Assembly: GCA_965226665.1 (NCBI GenBank)
Contig: OZ245371.1
Coordinates: forward strand, 183,929-223,928
Reading direction: 5' to 3'
From: Rivularia sp. (in: cyanobacteria)
GTDB taxonomy: Bacteria > Cyanobacteriota > Cyanobacteriia > Cyanobacteriales > Nostocaceae
Length of the DNA: 40,000 nucleotides
The position numbers and the translations under genes were made by a program. The notes below the pieces were generated by a model. It searched no databases, was not told the DNA's origin, and saw nothing but the letters and a program-made list of their open reading frames with translations. Positions 1 through 10,239 of the stretch are shown in pieces (positions within the stretch are counted from its first letter, which is position 1; each line of letters begins with the position of its first letter).

Positions 1-348
1 TTGTCTGCAATAATTACTACCAGACCTACGGGAACACCTACACCATCTCAAGCAGGAACCCAAGCAACTACTGTAAGTTACAAACCCCGACGCTTGGGCA
101 ATGGTTACGCCGTATTAGTAGATTATTACAATCGTCCGCAAATGGTAAGCGACGTTCGTAAAGCAGTTGAAGGAGACGTGGGTTTCGTTGCTTACGGAAG
201 ACGACCTTATTTGTTAGCTAATTACACCAGCAATCAAAAAGAAGCCTATCAAACCTTAGAAGAACTATCAAAACGCGGCTTCTTCGCCATCATCGTTGAC
301 AGTGAAAAGGTGATGTTATTACGTTCTGTCGTCAATTTGCCTAATTAG
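1..348 (+). CDS. hypothetical protein, probably the 3' part of an ORF that begins upstream of the window
   Basis: The frame is open from base 1 to TAG at 346-348. I recognise no motif. The stop lies in the first unit of a heptamer array. Confidence 0.4.
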   Translation: MSAIITTRPTGTPTPSQAGTQATTVSYKPRRLGNGYAVLVDYYNRPQMVSDVRKAVEGDVGFVAYGRRPYLLANYTSNQKEAYQTLEELSKRGFFAIIVDSEKVMLLRSVVNLPN

Positions 349-421
349 TTATTAGTTGTTAGTTATTAGTTATTAGTTATTAGTTATAACTCTTAACTCC
401 GGTGGTACTAACTCCTAACTT
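345..421. repeat. STRR-type heptamer tandem array (TTAGTTA x6, then TAACTCC-like units)
   Basis: Direct reading: ttagtta ttagttg ttagtta ttagtta ttagtta ttagtta, followed by taactct taactcc ... taactcc. Confidence 0.85.
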
Positions 422-877
422 TTAATAAGCTGCTTGCGCCAACCAAGAAATAGTCACACCCAAAGCCGAACCGGCTATGACTTGAAAGGGTGTATGTCCG
501 AGTAATTCTTTAAGACGCTCGGCAGCTATTTCTGGATGGTCGTGGAACATTTCGTCAATTACTTGGTTGAGGATGCGTGCTTGTTTTCCGGCAGCTTGTC
601 GGACACCAGCAGCATCGTACATAACGATAACGGCGAAAATGGCAGCCAAAGCAAATTCAGGGGAAGCCCAACCTATAGTTTGTCCAACACCAGCAGCCAA
701 AGCGGTAACTAAGGCTGAATGAGCGCTGGGCATACCTCCAGTTGTGACTAAAACACTCGCACTCACTTTACCGTTTTTGATTAACTCGATTAGGAGCTTT
801 AAAGCCTGAGCAGTGAAACAAGCTATCAAGGCAACTAATAGCACCTGATTGTCAAATACATTGCCTATGTCTTGCAT
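422..877 (-). CDS. divergent PAP2 / DUF212 family membrane protein (acid phosphatase/vanadium haloperoxidase-related)
   Basis: 151-aa ORF with the family-typical GGMPSAHSA and MYDAAGVR segments and several hydrophobic helices. Confidence 0.75.
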   Translation of the reverse strand: MQDIGNVFDNQVLLVALIACFTAQALKLLIELIKNGKVSASVLVTTGGMPSAHSALVTALAAGVGQTIGWASPEFALAAIFAVIVMYDAAGVRQAAGKQARILNQVIDEMFHDHPEIAAERLKELLGHTPFQVIAGSALGVTISWLAQAAY

Positions 878-974
878 GGTATTACGGTTAAATTAGAGTA
901 ATATTAGCAGTGGTCGTGCGCGTGAGGAAGTGTGGGAAATTACTTATTAAAATCCCCAAAGCGGAAAAATAGAA

Positions 975-1957
<983 letters not shown>

Positions 1958-1959
1958 TT

Positions 1960-2113
1960 AATTGGTAATTGGTAATTGGTAATTGGTAATTGGTAATTGG
2001 TAATTGGTAATGGGTAATTGGGAATGTTTAAACTTCCCCTTGTCTCCCTACTCCCTACTCCCTACTCCCTACTCCCCCTTCCCTACTCCCTACTCCCTAC
2101 TCCCCCTTCCCTC
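1960..2113. repeat. two adjacent STRR-type heptamer arrays (AATTGGT x9 at 1960-2022; CTACTCC-based at 2048-2113)
   Basis: Read directly from the sequence. The second array contains the folD stop (cta at 2090-2092 on +) and encodes its last residues. Confidence 0.9.
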
Positions 2114-2971
2114 ATAACTGCTAACAGTATTTTCTAACAACATGGCAACAGTCATAGGTCCTATACCACCGGGAACTGGGGTAAGATAATCTGCAACGGT
2201 TGCAACTTCATCAAACCTGACATCACCAATTAAACGACTTTTGCCATCTTTGTTAGTAATGCGGTTTATTCCCACATCTACCACAACCCCGCCTTTTTTC
2301 ACCATTTCGGCGGTAATTAATTGAGGAATCCCCACGGCACTAACTAGAATATCGGCATTTTTTGTAATATCTTGTAAATTTTGAGTGCGCGAATGAGCCA
2401 TCGTAACGGTGGCATTTGCTGCTAATAACATCATCGACATTGGTTTCCCTACCAAAATCGAACGTCCTAATACTACTGCTTGTTTTCCTTCTAAGGATAT
2501 GGAATATTCTTCTAACAAACGCATTACACCCGCAGGAGTGCAGCTGCGTAATCCCGGCTCACCCCTCATTAATCGTCCCAAATTCAACGGATGGAGTCCA
2601 TCAACATCTTTATCGGCAGCAATTTGATGTAATAACGCTACGCTATCCAAATCAGGGGGGAGAGGTAGCTGGACTAAAATCCCATCAACTCGTTCGTCCG
2701 AATTTAAATTATCAATAACTTCTTGAAGTTCGTTAAAACTAGTTTCTGTGGGGAAATGTCGGTTAAACGAAGCAATACCCACTTTAGTGCAAGCTCGTTC
2801 TTTGTTGCGGACATAAGCAGCACTCGCAGGGTTATCACCAACCATTAATACCGCCAATCCTGGGGGACGACCTATTTTAGTTTGTAAGTGGGCTATCTTA
2901 GTTGAAAGTTGTTCGTGAATCTTTAACCCTAAAACTTTACCGTCAAGCAATTTTGCTGAATTTATTTCCAT
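2090..2971 (-). CDS. folD: bifunctional methylenetetrahydrofolate dehydrogenase (NADP+) / methenyltetrahydrofolate cyclohydrolase
   Basis: Full-length FolD-like sequence (LLDGK..., [44 protein letters not shown]). The likely start is the internal ATG at 2971 ([12 protein letters not shown]), not the first ATG at 3013. Confidence 0.9.
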   Translation of the reverse strand: MEINSAKLLDGKVLGLKIHEQLSTKIAHLQTKIGRPPGLAVLMVGDNPASAAYVRNKERACTKVGIASFNRHFPTETSFNELQEVIDNLNSDERVDGILVQLPLPPDLDSVALLHQIAADKDVDGLHPLNLGRLMRGEPGLRSCTPAGVMRLLEEYSISLEGKQAVVLGRSILVGKPMSMMLLAANATVTMAHSRTQNLQDITKNADILVSAVGIPQLITAEMVKKGGVVVDVGINRITNKDGKSRLIGDVRFDEVATVADYLTPVPGGIGPMTVAMLLENTVSSYEGRGSRE

Positions 2972-3097
2972 GAGCAATTTTAAGGAGCGTAAATACGCCC
3001 TCGTCTTCACCATATTATTTATCTTCTCAGATAGTTCGGCTGTACGCTCAATAGAATTTTATCTGTTAAAAACTTAGTATTATCGGGAACTATATAT

Positions 3098-3541
3098 ATG
3101 AAAATTACGACAATCCAAGGGCTGATACCCAATTCGGATATGGTGCCTACAATGCAACCAGTTAGAAAAAGATTTTTCCTTAAATTTATATTGCATTTGG
3201 GATTAGCTCCTTTCTTGATTTCGGGGTTACTTAGTTGCAGCAATGTGAACGAATACGGAATGAATGCCATTGGCGTGAATGTAACTGCAATTAACGAGCT
3301 AACACCGCAAAACAAAGATAATATTGATCCCGTTTACGTGAGCGGCAAGGTAGAAAGAAAAGTACCTTTGCTAGAAAAACAAATGTATCAGATAGAAGAC
3401 TCCACTGGCAAAATTTGGGTGTTAACCAATCAGAAAGGTTGGAAAGTAGGAGAGAAAGTTGTCGTCAAAGCCATTCCTCAATACGAAAGCATTCCCATCT
3501 CTGGTGCAGAATTAGGAAAAGTTTATCTAGAGGAAAAGTAA
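3098..3541 (+). CDS. hypothetical secreted protein or lipoprotein; the start may be the internal ATG at 3152
   Basis: MQPVRKRFFLKFILHLGLAPFLISGLLSC looks like a signal peptide with a lipobox-like LLSC. The C-terminal half is beta-rich. No family is recognised. Confidence 0.5.
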   Translation: MKITTIQGLIPNSDMVPTMQPVRKRFFLKFILHLGLAPFLISGLLSCSNVNEYGMNAIGVNVTAINELTPQNKDNIDPVYVSGKVERKVPLLEKQMYQIEDSTGKIWVLTNQKGWKVGEKVVVKAIPQYESIPISGAELGKVYLEEK

Positions 3542-3593
3542 ATTATCAGGGAGTAGGGAACAGGGAGTAGTCTTATAGATAGAATTAATATTT

Positions 3594-4037
3594 ATGGATA
3601 ACAATCAAGATACAGTGGTGCATCACGTAGCGATCGCCATCCTATATAAAGACAACAAATTTCTGATGCAGTTGCGAGATAATATTCCCACAATTCCCTA
3701 TCCGGGTTACTGGGCATTTTTTGGCGGACATATCGAACCCGGTGAAACCCCAGAAATCGCCGTGAGAAGAGAAATTATCGAAGAAATTAGCTATACGTTA
3801 CCAGAAAAAATTTATGAATTTGGTCGTTATGATTCGGAAAAAGCAGTACGTCATGTCTTCCACGCACCGTTAGAAGTCGAATTAGATCAATTAGTACTTG
3901 GCGAAGGTTGGGATCTGGGTTTAGTAAGCCCCGAAGAAATTCGCAGCGGCAAACGTTATTCCACAGCAGCAGGAGAAGAAAGACCATTAGGTGAAGTGCA
4001 TCAGCGGATTTTGATCGATTTTATGAATAAAAGTTAG
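3594..4037 (+). CDS. NUDIX hydrolase
   Basis: Nudix box GGHIEPGETPEIAVRREIIEEISY (GX5EX7REUXEEXGU pattern). Confidence 0.8.
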   Translation: MDNNQDTVVHHVAIAILYKDNKFLMQLRDNIPTIPYPGYWAFFGGHIEPGETPEIAVRREIIEEISYTLPEKIYEFGRYDSEKAVRHVFHAPLEVELDQLVLGEGWDLGLVSPEEIRSGKRYSTAAGEERPLGEVHQRILIDFMNKS

Positions 4038-4290
4038 GAGTTAGGAGTTAGGAATTAAGAATTAGGAATTAGGAATTAGGAATTAGGAATTAGGAATTAA
4101 TATTTTATCCTTGTCCCCTTATCTCCTTGTCCCCTTGTCTCCCTATCTCCCCCTTCGGGTTCACCACTTCTCTCAACGGAGGGAACCTCCGCACGAGAGT
4201 GGATTCACCATCTCCCCATCTCCCCCTCTCCCCCTCTACCCCCTCTACCCCCTCTTCCCCCTCTCCAATTCCCTTTTTCTAAAAAATAAT
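4034..4290. repeat. compound short-tandem-repeat block (TTAGGAG/TTAGGAA x9, CTTGTCC-like units, a CGGAGGGAACCTCCG dispersed-repeat core, and CCCCTCTAC-type 9-mers)
   Basis: Read directly. It starts on the NUDIX stop codon. ORFs 4111..4311 and 4205..4402 are artefacts of this low-complexity block. Confidence 0.85.
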
Positions 4291-4493
4291 TCACAATCCA
4301 TCCGGAATTGATAAAAATAATGTGGAAGTAATAATCAGCTTGACGAATTCTATAGCCAATTTTTATATCGAAACCGGGGAACTTCATTTTATAACCCCGC
4401 AAAATATTAAAAGCTCAGTCTTAACGGCTGGGCTTTTGACGTTTTATGATTGGGGAATAGTTATGAGTTATGAGTAGAGAGTAGAGAGTAATA

Positions 4494-4730
4494 ATTGGTC
4501 GGTTGGGTTAAAGGCGCATAAATATTATTTATGGTTGATCTTAGTAGCGATCGCCCTCTTCCCAACATTCAGGATTGGGGATTGAGGATTGAGGATTATA
4601 AATGCCTGGCGATTTAATATGCCGCACCGCGAGCGGTGAACACGGCTACACAGGCAAAACCCACCTCCGTGGGTTCTTAGTTTATTGGTCGGTTGGGTTA
4701 AAGGCGTATGAATAATATTTATGGTTGATC
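4494..4730. repeat. two 47-bp direct repeats (4494-4540 and 4684-4730, 190-bp period) enclosing a hairpin-rich dispersed-repeat insert
   Basis: ATTGGTCGGTTGGGTTAAAGGCG...TTATGGTTGATC occurs twice with about 5 differences. The interior has HIP1, GATTGAG heptamers, and the hairpins CACCGC-GA-GCGGTG and ACCCAC-CTCC-GTGGGT. Confidence 0.75.
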
Positions 4731-5205
4731 GAGGGTAATGATGCGCCCTAGTGGAGTCGTTGTAAATACTTTCATCTGGCATAGTGGTATTACAGAAAAG
4801 GGTTCCTTCTTGGATAACCCCACTCAAGTTAGCTCCCAACAAGTTGGCATCAGTCAAGTTGGCGTTACTGATGTTAGCACTAGTCAAATCGGCATTCCTC
4901 AAGTCAGCACAACTCAAGTCGGTTTCAGCCAAATTAGTATCTTTCAAATTAGCACCACTCAGTTTAGCCCGTCTCAAATTAGCGTACTCAATGTCAGTTC
5001 CTTCCAAACAGGCATTACTGAAGTCAGTTCCACTGAAGTCAATGTGATACCCCACAGCTTGACTCAAGTTAGCACCTTTGAAAATGGCATCCTTCAAAAT
5101 TGGATCGCTGCCATCGCTGGTGAAAAGACTAGCTTCTCTCAAATCAACCCCACTAAAGTCGCGCTCCCCATCAGCATATCTTTGGAGCAACTCTTCACCA
5201 TCCAT
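4525..5205 (-). CDS. pentapeptide repeat protein; its C-terminal ~70 aa are encoded by repeat DNA
   Basis: Long A(D/N)LxX pentapeptide tracts. The N-terminus and the ...TTMPDESIYNDS segment are homologous to the protein at 16964..17440, which stops right after that motif. Confidence 0.8.
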   Translation of the reverse strand: MDGEELLQRYADGERDFSGVDLREASLFTSDGSDPILKDAIFKGANLSQAVGYHIDFSGTDFSNACLEGTDIEYANLRRAKLSGANLKDTNLAETDLSCADLRNADLTSANISNANLTDANLLGANLSGVIQEGTLFCNTTMPDESIYNDSTRAHHYPRSTINIIHTPLTQPTNKLRTHGGGFCLCSRVHRSRCGILNRQAFIILNPQSPILNVGKRAIATKINHK

Positions 5206-5804
5206 CCTCTTCCCCCTCTTACCTCAGCGCCCTCTGCGCCTAATAAGGCTTTTTTAATTAATAAGCTATTTAGCATCACAAAACCCCAAAACCACGCTCA
5301 CATAATCAAAACTTTCCCAAAAACCCCTAACTGATAAAACTTCTGTATTCATATTCCGTTACAAACCCGTTACCCAACTTTACACAAAAAATTTTATTGA
5401 CAGGATTCTCAATTAAGCCATGAGATTACAAGACTTTTCGCTGTAATATGCTATTGTTATGTTGAGGGAAGCAGTTTATTCAATTTTAAAATTATCGATA
5501 GTTTTAAACAACAAATCTCTTCATTTGACAGCAACTAACTTGATATTTACATCATTTGCGTACTACAAAATCAATAAAGCATTGAAAAAGCCTTATGGTG
5601 CATATTAAGCAATGTAAATTCTATTGTTATTAATCATACTAAAAACAACCTACCAAAACACTGATATTGACAAATTAAAGGTTAAGAGTCACTTCTTCTT
5701 CCCCCTCTACCCCCTCTACCCCCTCTCTTCATCCCCAATTCCCAAAATAATAGTCCAATAACCCAAAACCGCAATAAACTAATAACTATTGTGGAGAAGG
5801 TGCT

Positions 5805-6890
5805 ATGCAATCAGGTTTCAAACTGCCGAGATGGTTAAGTTTCGGGTTGGCTTTTCCGTTGTTTATTCTTAATGCTTGGGTATTGCTTGGGGTTGTTAAA
5901 TATCTTCAACCCTTAGTAAATATTGTAATTGCTGCTGTATTGTTGGCTTTTGTTTTAGAATATCCGATTGGTTTTTTTCAAAAACGAGGGGTAAACCGTA
6001 ATTTAGCGACTGCGGGAGTGCTTCTACTTGCGGTGATAATAGTTGCAGCTTTAGGAATTACAGTTTTACCGTTAATTATCGAACAGGTAAACGAATTAGT
6101 TAATATACTGCCAGCTTGGATTGATTCGGGTACGCAGCAGTTACAAGCTTTGCAAGATTGGGCTGCAACTCAACAGATGCCAATTAATGCGAGTGGTTTA
6201 CTTCCCGATATTTTAGAAAGATTGTCTAATCAAGTTCAAAGTTTGAGTGGAAGGATAATCGGTTTAGCATTCGGTACCATCGGCAGCGTTTTTAATATTT
6301 TGCTGACGGTAGTACTTACCTTGTACATGATTTTAAATGGCGATCGCCTTTGGGAGGGGATATTAAAATGGTTTCCGCAACGCATTAGTAAGCAGGTTAG
6401 CGAGTCTTTGAGTGAAGACTTTCAAAATTACTTTATCGGACAAGCAACTTTAGCTACTATTCTGGCAACTGCATTAACTTTGGCTTTTGTGGCGTTGCGT
6501 GTTCCTTTAAATTTGTTGTTTGCTTTAGTTATTGGATTTTTTGCTTTATTCCCTTTTGGTACGGGTATCGGAATTACTGTAGTAAGTTTATTGGTGGGAT
6601 TGAAAAACTTTTGGTTGGGAGTTGAAGTTTTAACTGTAGCCGTTGCGATTGACCAATTTAATTATAATTTTGTAGCGCCGCGTATTTTAAGCAAATTTAC
6701 GGGGTTAAATCCAGTTTGGGTAGTTATTTCTTTGTTGATAGGAGCGAAACTTTTAGGAGTATTGGGATTATTAGTTGCGATTCCCTTAGCTAGCTTTATT
6801 AAAAGCGTTGCCGATGGATGGAGAGATGGGGAATTTAATATGGTGGATGAGAAAGAATTGGAAGAATCAGAGTTAGGAGTTAAGAGTTAG
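5805..6890 (+). CDS. AI-2E family transporter (PerM/UPF0118-type permease)
   Basis: 361-aa polytopic membrane protein with the typical family length and topology. The last codons and the stop lie in an AGTTAGG/AGTTATG heptamer array. Confidence 0.75.
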   Translation: MQSGFKLPRWLSFGLAFPLFILNAWVLLGVVKYLQPLVNIVIAAVLLAFVLEYPIGFFQKRGVNRNLATAGVLLLAVIIVAALGITVLPLIIEQVNELVNILPAWIDSGTQQLQALQDWAATQQMPINASGLLPDILERLSNQVQSLSGRIIGLAFGTIGSVFNILLTVVLTLYMILNGDRLWEGILKWFPQRISKQVSESLSEDFQNYFIGQATLATILATALTLAFVALRVPLNLLFALVIGFFALFPFGTGIGITVVSLLVGLKNFWLGVEVLTVAVAIDQFNYNFVAPRILSKFTGLNPVWVVISLLIGAKLLGVLGLLVAIPLASFIKSVADGWRDGEFNMVDEKELEESELGVKS

Positions 6891-6918
6891 TAGTTATGAG
6901 TTATGGGTTATGAGTTAA
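6870..6918. repeat. STRR-type heptamer array (AGTTAGG/AGTTATG units)
   Basis: Read directly. It overlaps the stop codon at 6888-6890. Confidence 0.8.
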
Positions 6919-7128
6919 AATTATCTGTATGATATTTGTTGTTTTGTTCGTTATAAAGTAGATAAATAATTGATTAGGTATCGCAAATACTATTGTATTG
7001 ATGAGTTATATCTTTAGTCCTTTTAATGGACTTATACTATTAGCCAGGGGTTTTCAACCCCTGGTAGACGAGGGTAAATCAAATAAATCCGATAAATATT
7101 ATCTGCTATAAAGTTAAATCGATAAAAA

Positions 7129-7725
7129 ATGCCCTATAGTGATTTCAGTCTGAGAAAAGTTAAACAAGATTTTAATTTAACTATTGTTGAACAAAACACC
7201 TTTTTAGATAAGATTCAACCACAACAGCCAAGTATTTTCTTAGCGGAATTTATCAATAAATATTTACCTTTAGCCTTGGCGTTAAATACTGAAAAAGCTC
7301 GCTCAGAAATGCTCATTTGTCCAATTTTGTTAGAAATCAAAGAAATTACATCCTCTATTAGCTTATTTTCAGGGAATGATTTTACAGTTGATGCATCAAT
7401 TGGACTTTCTGGAGTCTGCGACTTTTTAATTAGTCTTTCTTCCGAGCAACTTTTTTTAGAAGCACCAGCGATAGTTGTTGTAGAAGCGAAAAAAGAAGAT
7501 TTGAATGGTGGTTTAGGACAATGCGTTGCCGAAATGATAGCAGCACAAAGATTTAACGAGCAAAATAATACTTCTATTCCCATTATCTATGGTACCGTTA
7601 CAACTGGCGATCGCTGGAAGTTTCTCAAAATTGAAAATCAAACTGTTACTATTGGATTAATGGAATATACGCTGCCACCGTTAGAGCAAATTTTAGGAAT
7701 TTTAGTTAGTTTTATTAAATTGTAG
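7129..7725 (+). CDS. conserved hypothetical protein with a PD-(D/E)xK-like motif set (type I restriction enzyme HsdR N-terminal-like; tentative)
   Basis: GVCDFLI ... IVVVEAKKED gives a D...ExK arrangement with the strand-helix context typical of PD-(D/E)xK nucleases. The family assignment is from memory only. Confidence 0.45.
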   Translation: MPYSDFSLRKVKQDFNLTIVEQNTFLDKIQPQQPSIFLAEFINKYLPLALALNTEKARSEMLICPILLEIKEITSSISLFSGNDFTVDASIGLSGVCDFLISLSSEQLFLEAPAIVVVEAKKEDLNGGLGQCVAEMIAAQRFNEQNNTSIPIIYGTVTTGDRWKFLKIENQTVTIGLMEYTLPPLEQILGILVSFIKL

Positions 7726-7857
7726 GGTGCGTTATCGATTTATCTATCATGCACCATTATCTCAAAACCTCACTCCTTCACCTCTCTTTATTAATGTTGA
7801 TTTTGGTGTCTAACCTCTACCAGATAGCCTAGTACATCAAATGAAAAATCAATTTTC

Positions 7858-8066
7858 AAAGATTCTATCAAGTTTCTAATCGGAATGTAGCAATAACGTG
7901 ATAAAATACTCTAAGGAAATAAAAATTGACTAAGTTATTATATGAAGTCAAAAATTTCCTGTTATTGCTGGTAAAAACGGCGACATAAATAGGAAGCTTC
8001 TCGAAGCAATAATTTTTTTTAATTCGAGCAGCAAACATCTAAGCTGCAAATTTTTAGCAATTTGCC
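7858..8066 (+). repeat. left copy of a ~200-bp diverged inverted repeat (perfect 21-nt core GAGCAGCAAACATCTAAGCTG at 8026-8046)
   Basis: Manual alignment with the reverse complement of 9941-10131. Confidence 0.7.
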
Positions 8067-8211
8067 TCAACATATACTGCAGCGGGGAGCGCGAAGACAG
8101 CGTAACTACGAACCTTTATATATTTATTTTAAGCAATTAACTTAAATCTAAATTTCAACGTCGTAATGGGGAATACTTGATTGCTCCATTATTCATCATC
8201 GTTAAAATTCT

Positions 8212-9390
8212 ATGTCTGTAAATCAAATTATCAATCAACTTACACCCCAACAACAAGCGTTAATTCCAGTTTACAGGGAGAAGTGGCGTAAAATTGCTCG
8301 TTCAACCCAGAGGATTGATAAAGATAAAGCAGCATCGGCGGTAAAAGCAGCTTTTGAGTTAATTAATGAAGCAGAGCCGAAAGTATTTTTCTTCGACAGC
8401 ATTTTCTCAGCCATTAACGAGTATAACGATAACGAAGATTTGATTTGCTTTGGTTTAAACGATAATTTATTCCAGAAGCTGAGATTTCCGTTGATTCTAA
8501 AATTTGACGAAATCCCGGAATGGGAATTCTATAATTTAAATCGATTTCGGAGTGCCTTAGCTAAAGATCCACAAAATTTATTTGACGAGGAATTTTTAGA
8601 TAAACTGATTGTGGATTTAGAGGATGAAATTTACGACTCCCTGGAAAATCAATGGAATTTAACCTACTTTGATTTACTAGAATCTATCGACGAAGAAAAG
8701 TTTATTCCCTTAGATACCCAGAGGAAGTATATCAAATACGATTTACTAATTGCTGAATGCAGCTACTATGACTTTTGTATTTCCGTCTTAGATTATCCCC
8801 ACGATGCAAACCGATGGCAGATTCTGCAAAATGTCGTCAAAAATTGTCCTTGGTTTTTCCCGTTTCAAGGAATTTGCTTTATATGCGTTAAGCGAAGCTC
8901 TACCGAAGGTAATCGCCCAATTAAGTTATCATTCGATCGAGAAAACCGTCTTCATGCAGATGGTGAAGCTGCGATTCAACACGCCGACGGTTTAATGGTA
9001 TATGCGAATAGCGGTGTGTTGTTACCAGAAAAATACGGTACTATTCCAACATCGGAATGGAAATCTCAATGGTTGTTGTCAGAAAGAAACGCCGAATTGA
9101 GAAGAGTTTTGGTACAGGGAATTGGTTACAACCGGATTTGTGAAGAATTGGGAGCAGTTGAATTAGATTCTTGGCAGGAATACACTTTACTAAAGATTAA
9201 GAATTATATCGAAGTTGATGAATGGGCTTCGCAAGATGCTATGGAGCCAATGCATTTATTGAAGATGACTTGTCCAAGTACGGGACATATTCATTTTTTG
9301 AGAGTACCACCAAATATAGATTCTGCCAGAGTTGCCATAACTTGGGTTAATTGGGGAGTCTCGCCAGAAGAATTTGCAGTACAAACTTGA
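8212..9390 (+). CDS. uncharacterised protein, paralog A (resembles the family I recall as DUF6745)
   Basis: 392-aa ORF. Its N-terminal ~65 aa and C-terminal ~200 aa are homologous to the ORF at 10494..11579. C-terminal pattern: RPIKL..D..NRLHADGEAAI..ADG..VYA..GV..PEKYG...NAELRRVL...LRVPP...ARVAITWVNWG. Confidence 0.7.
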   Translation: MSVNQIINQLTPQQQALIPVYREKWRKIARSTQRIDKDKAASAVKAAFELINEAEPKVFFFDSIFSAINEYNDNEDLICFGLNDNLFQKLRFPLILKFDEIPEWEFYNLNRFRSALAKDPQNLFDEEFLDKLIVDLEDEIYDSLENQWNLTYFDLLESIDEEKFIPLDTQRKYIKYDLLIAECSYYDFCISVLDYPHDANRWQILQNVVKNCPWFFPFQGICFICVKRSSTEGNRPIKLSFDRENRLHADGEAAIQHADGLMVYANSGVLLPEKYGTIPTSEWKSQWLLSERNAELRRVLVQGIGYNRICEELGAVELDSWQEYTLLKIKNYIEVDEWASQDAMEPMHLLKMTCPSTGHIHFLRVPPNIDSARVAITWVNWGVSPEEFAVQT

Positions 9391-9410
9391 ATACTTTGTC
9401 ATTATCGCTT

Positions 9411-9477
9411 TGTTGGGTTAGATGCTTTTATCAGTTGGGATTAATTACCGAATGTATATTGCGTCGTAACCCAACAT
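9411..9477 (+). repeat. hairpin repeat unit, degenerate (TGTTGGGTTAGATGC ... GCGTCGTAACCCAACAT)
   Basis: Inverted arms at 9411-9425 and 9461-9477. It sits in the same position relative to the stop codon as the element after paralog B. Confidence 0.7.
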
Positions 9478-9645
9478 ATTTAGTTTGTAGGGTGTGTACG
9501 CTCCGCGTAACGCATCATCGAATTAAATTACTAAAAAACCATTATAGACGCACAGAGCGCAGAGGAAAGAGCTAAAAGAGAGATCGTGATGATTTGATTT
9601 CAAGCTTACAATTTTAATGTATAGTGTGGCGATAGCTGGAGACAA

Positions 9646-9945
9646 TTGTGGAAGACAGCAGATTCCTTTCTTTCGCTACAATTAGAAAACTTTCTTTCCT
9701 ATGGAAGTGAGAGTGAAGAAATTGAATTACAACGGCTGAATGTATTAATTGGTTCAAATGCTTCGGGGAAATCGAATTTAATTGAAGCGATCGCACTACT
9801 AAAAGCGACACCAACTGACTTACCATCACCAATACGTCAAGGTGGAGGTATTACTGATTTTATCTCGAAAGGTAGTAAGGAAACTCCGGTAGCTAGAATA
9901 AAAACGATTGTAAATTATCTTCAAATAATTTTATATGGAATCTAA
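9646..9945 (+). pseudogene. N-terminal fragment (~90 aa) of an AAA_21/ABC-type ATPase
   Basis: LQLENFLSYG...LNVLIGSNASGKSNLIEAIALL includes a Walker A motif. Full-length relatives are about 350-450 aa. Here the frame ends inside the right inverted-repeat copy. Confidence 0.65.
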
Positions 9946-10131
9946 TAATATTTCTAAATACATTCAGCTTAGATGTTTGCTGCTCAAGGCTTAATAAATC
10001 CTCGCCGCTTGGGAATAGCTATTTTTAATATCCCTCTACTGGTAATAACCAGATTTTTGCTTTCTTTAAAGAATATTCTACCATGCAATTGAACCGATTC
10101 TTTCTAAGAATATTTTCATAACTCAATCTTT
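9941..10131 (-). repeat. right copy of the ~200-bp inverted repeat (perfect core at 9965-9985)
   Basis: The reverse complement aligns with 7858-8066. The 21-nt core is identical and the flanks are roughly two-thirds identical by eye. Confidence 0.7.
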
Positions 10132-10199
10132 CTGCTGATATATGGGAATACTTTGAATATCAACTACCAACAATCCATATAAAGGGTTGAAATTTACCA

Positions 10200-10238
10200 A
10201 TGTCCGAAAATCCTATTATTACCGCATCAACACCAAAT
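10200..10238 (+). pseudogene. stub of a third paralog (ATG plus ~12 codons: MSENPIITAST..)
   Basis: 10143-10236 duplicates 10446-10530 (GGGAATACTTT.AATATCAACT ... ATGTCCGAAAATCCTATTATTACCGCAT.AACACC). Homology stops where the hairpin element begins. Confidence 0.65.
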
Positions 10239-10239
10239 T

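Noticed and set aside
2409-2718. Antisense ORFs within folD, and similar antisense ORFs at 3019..3315, 3787..3987, 7215..7583, 8804..8995, 9614..9832, 17285..17545, 17630..17851, 19656..19838, 23423..23620, 24967..25239, 25606..25791, 27351..27626 and 27990..28193
   Set aside because: Each is nested in, or overlaps, a well-supported gene on the opposite strand or another frame. None has a recognisable motif or start context.
4111-4402. ORFs 4111..4311 (+) and 4205..4402 (-)
   Set aside because: They translate tandem CCCCTCTAC and CTTGTCC repeats and a dispersed repeat core, giving proline- or glycine-rich low-complexity products with no start context.
4738-5334. 198-aa and 87-aa ORFs antisense to the pentapeptide-repeat gene
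   Set aside because: The 15-nt periodic repeat keeps several frames open on both strands. The antisense products are low-complexity (QVS/TQV repeats). The sense strand has the canonical A(D/N)LxX pattern and a homolog at 16964..17440.
9351-9575. 74-aa ORF downstream of paralog A
   Set aside because: It is composed of the paralog 3' end in another frame plus two hairpin repeats. There is no RBS and the composition is repeat-derived.
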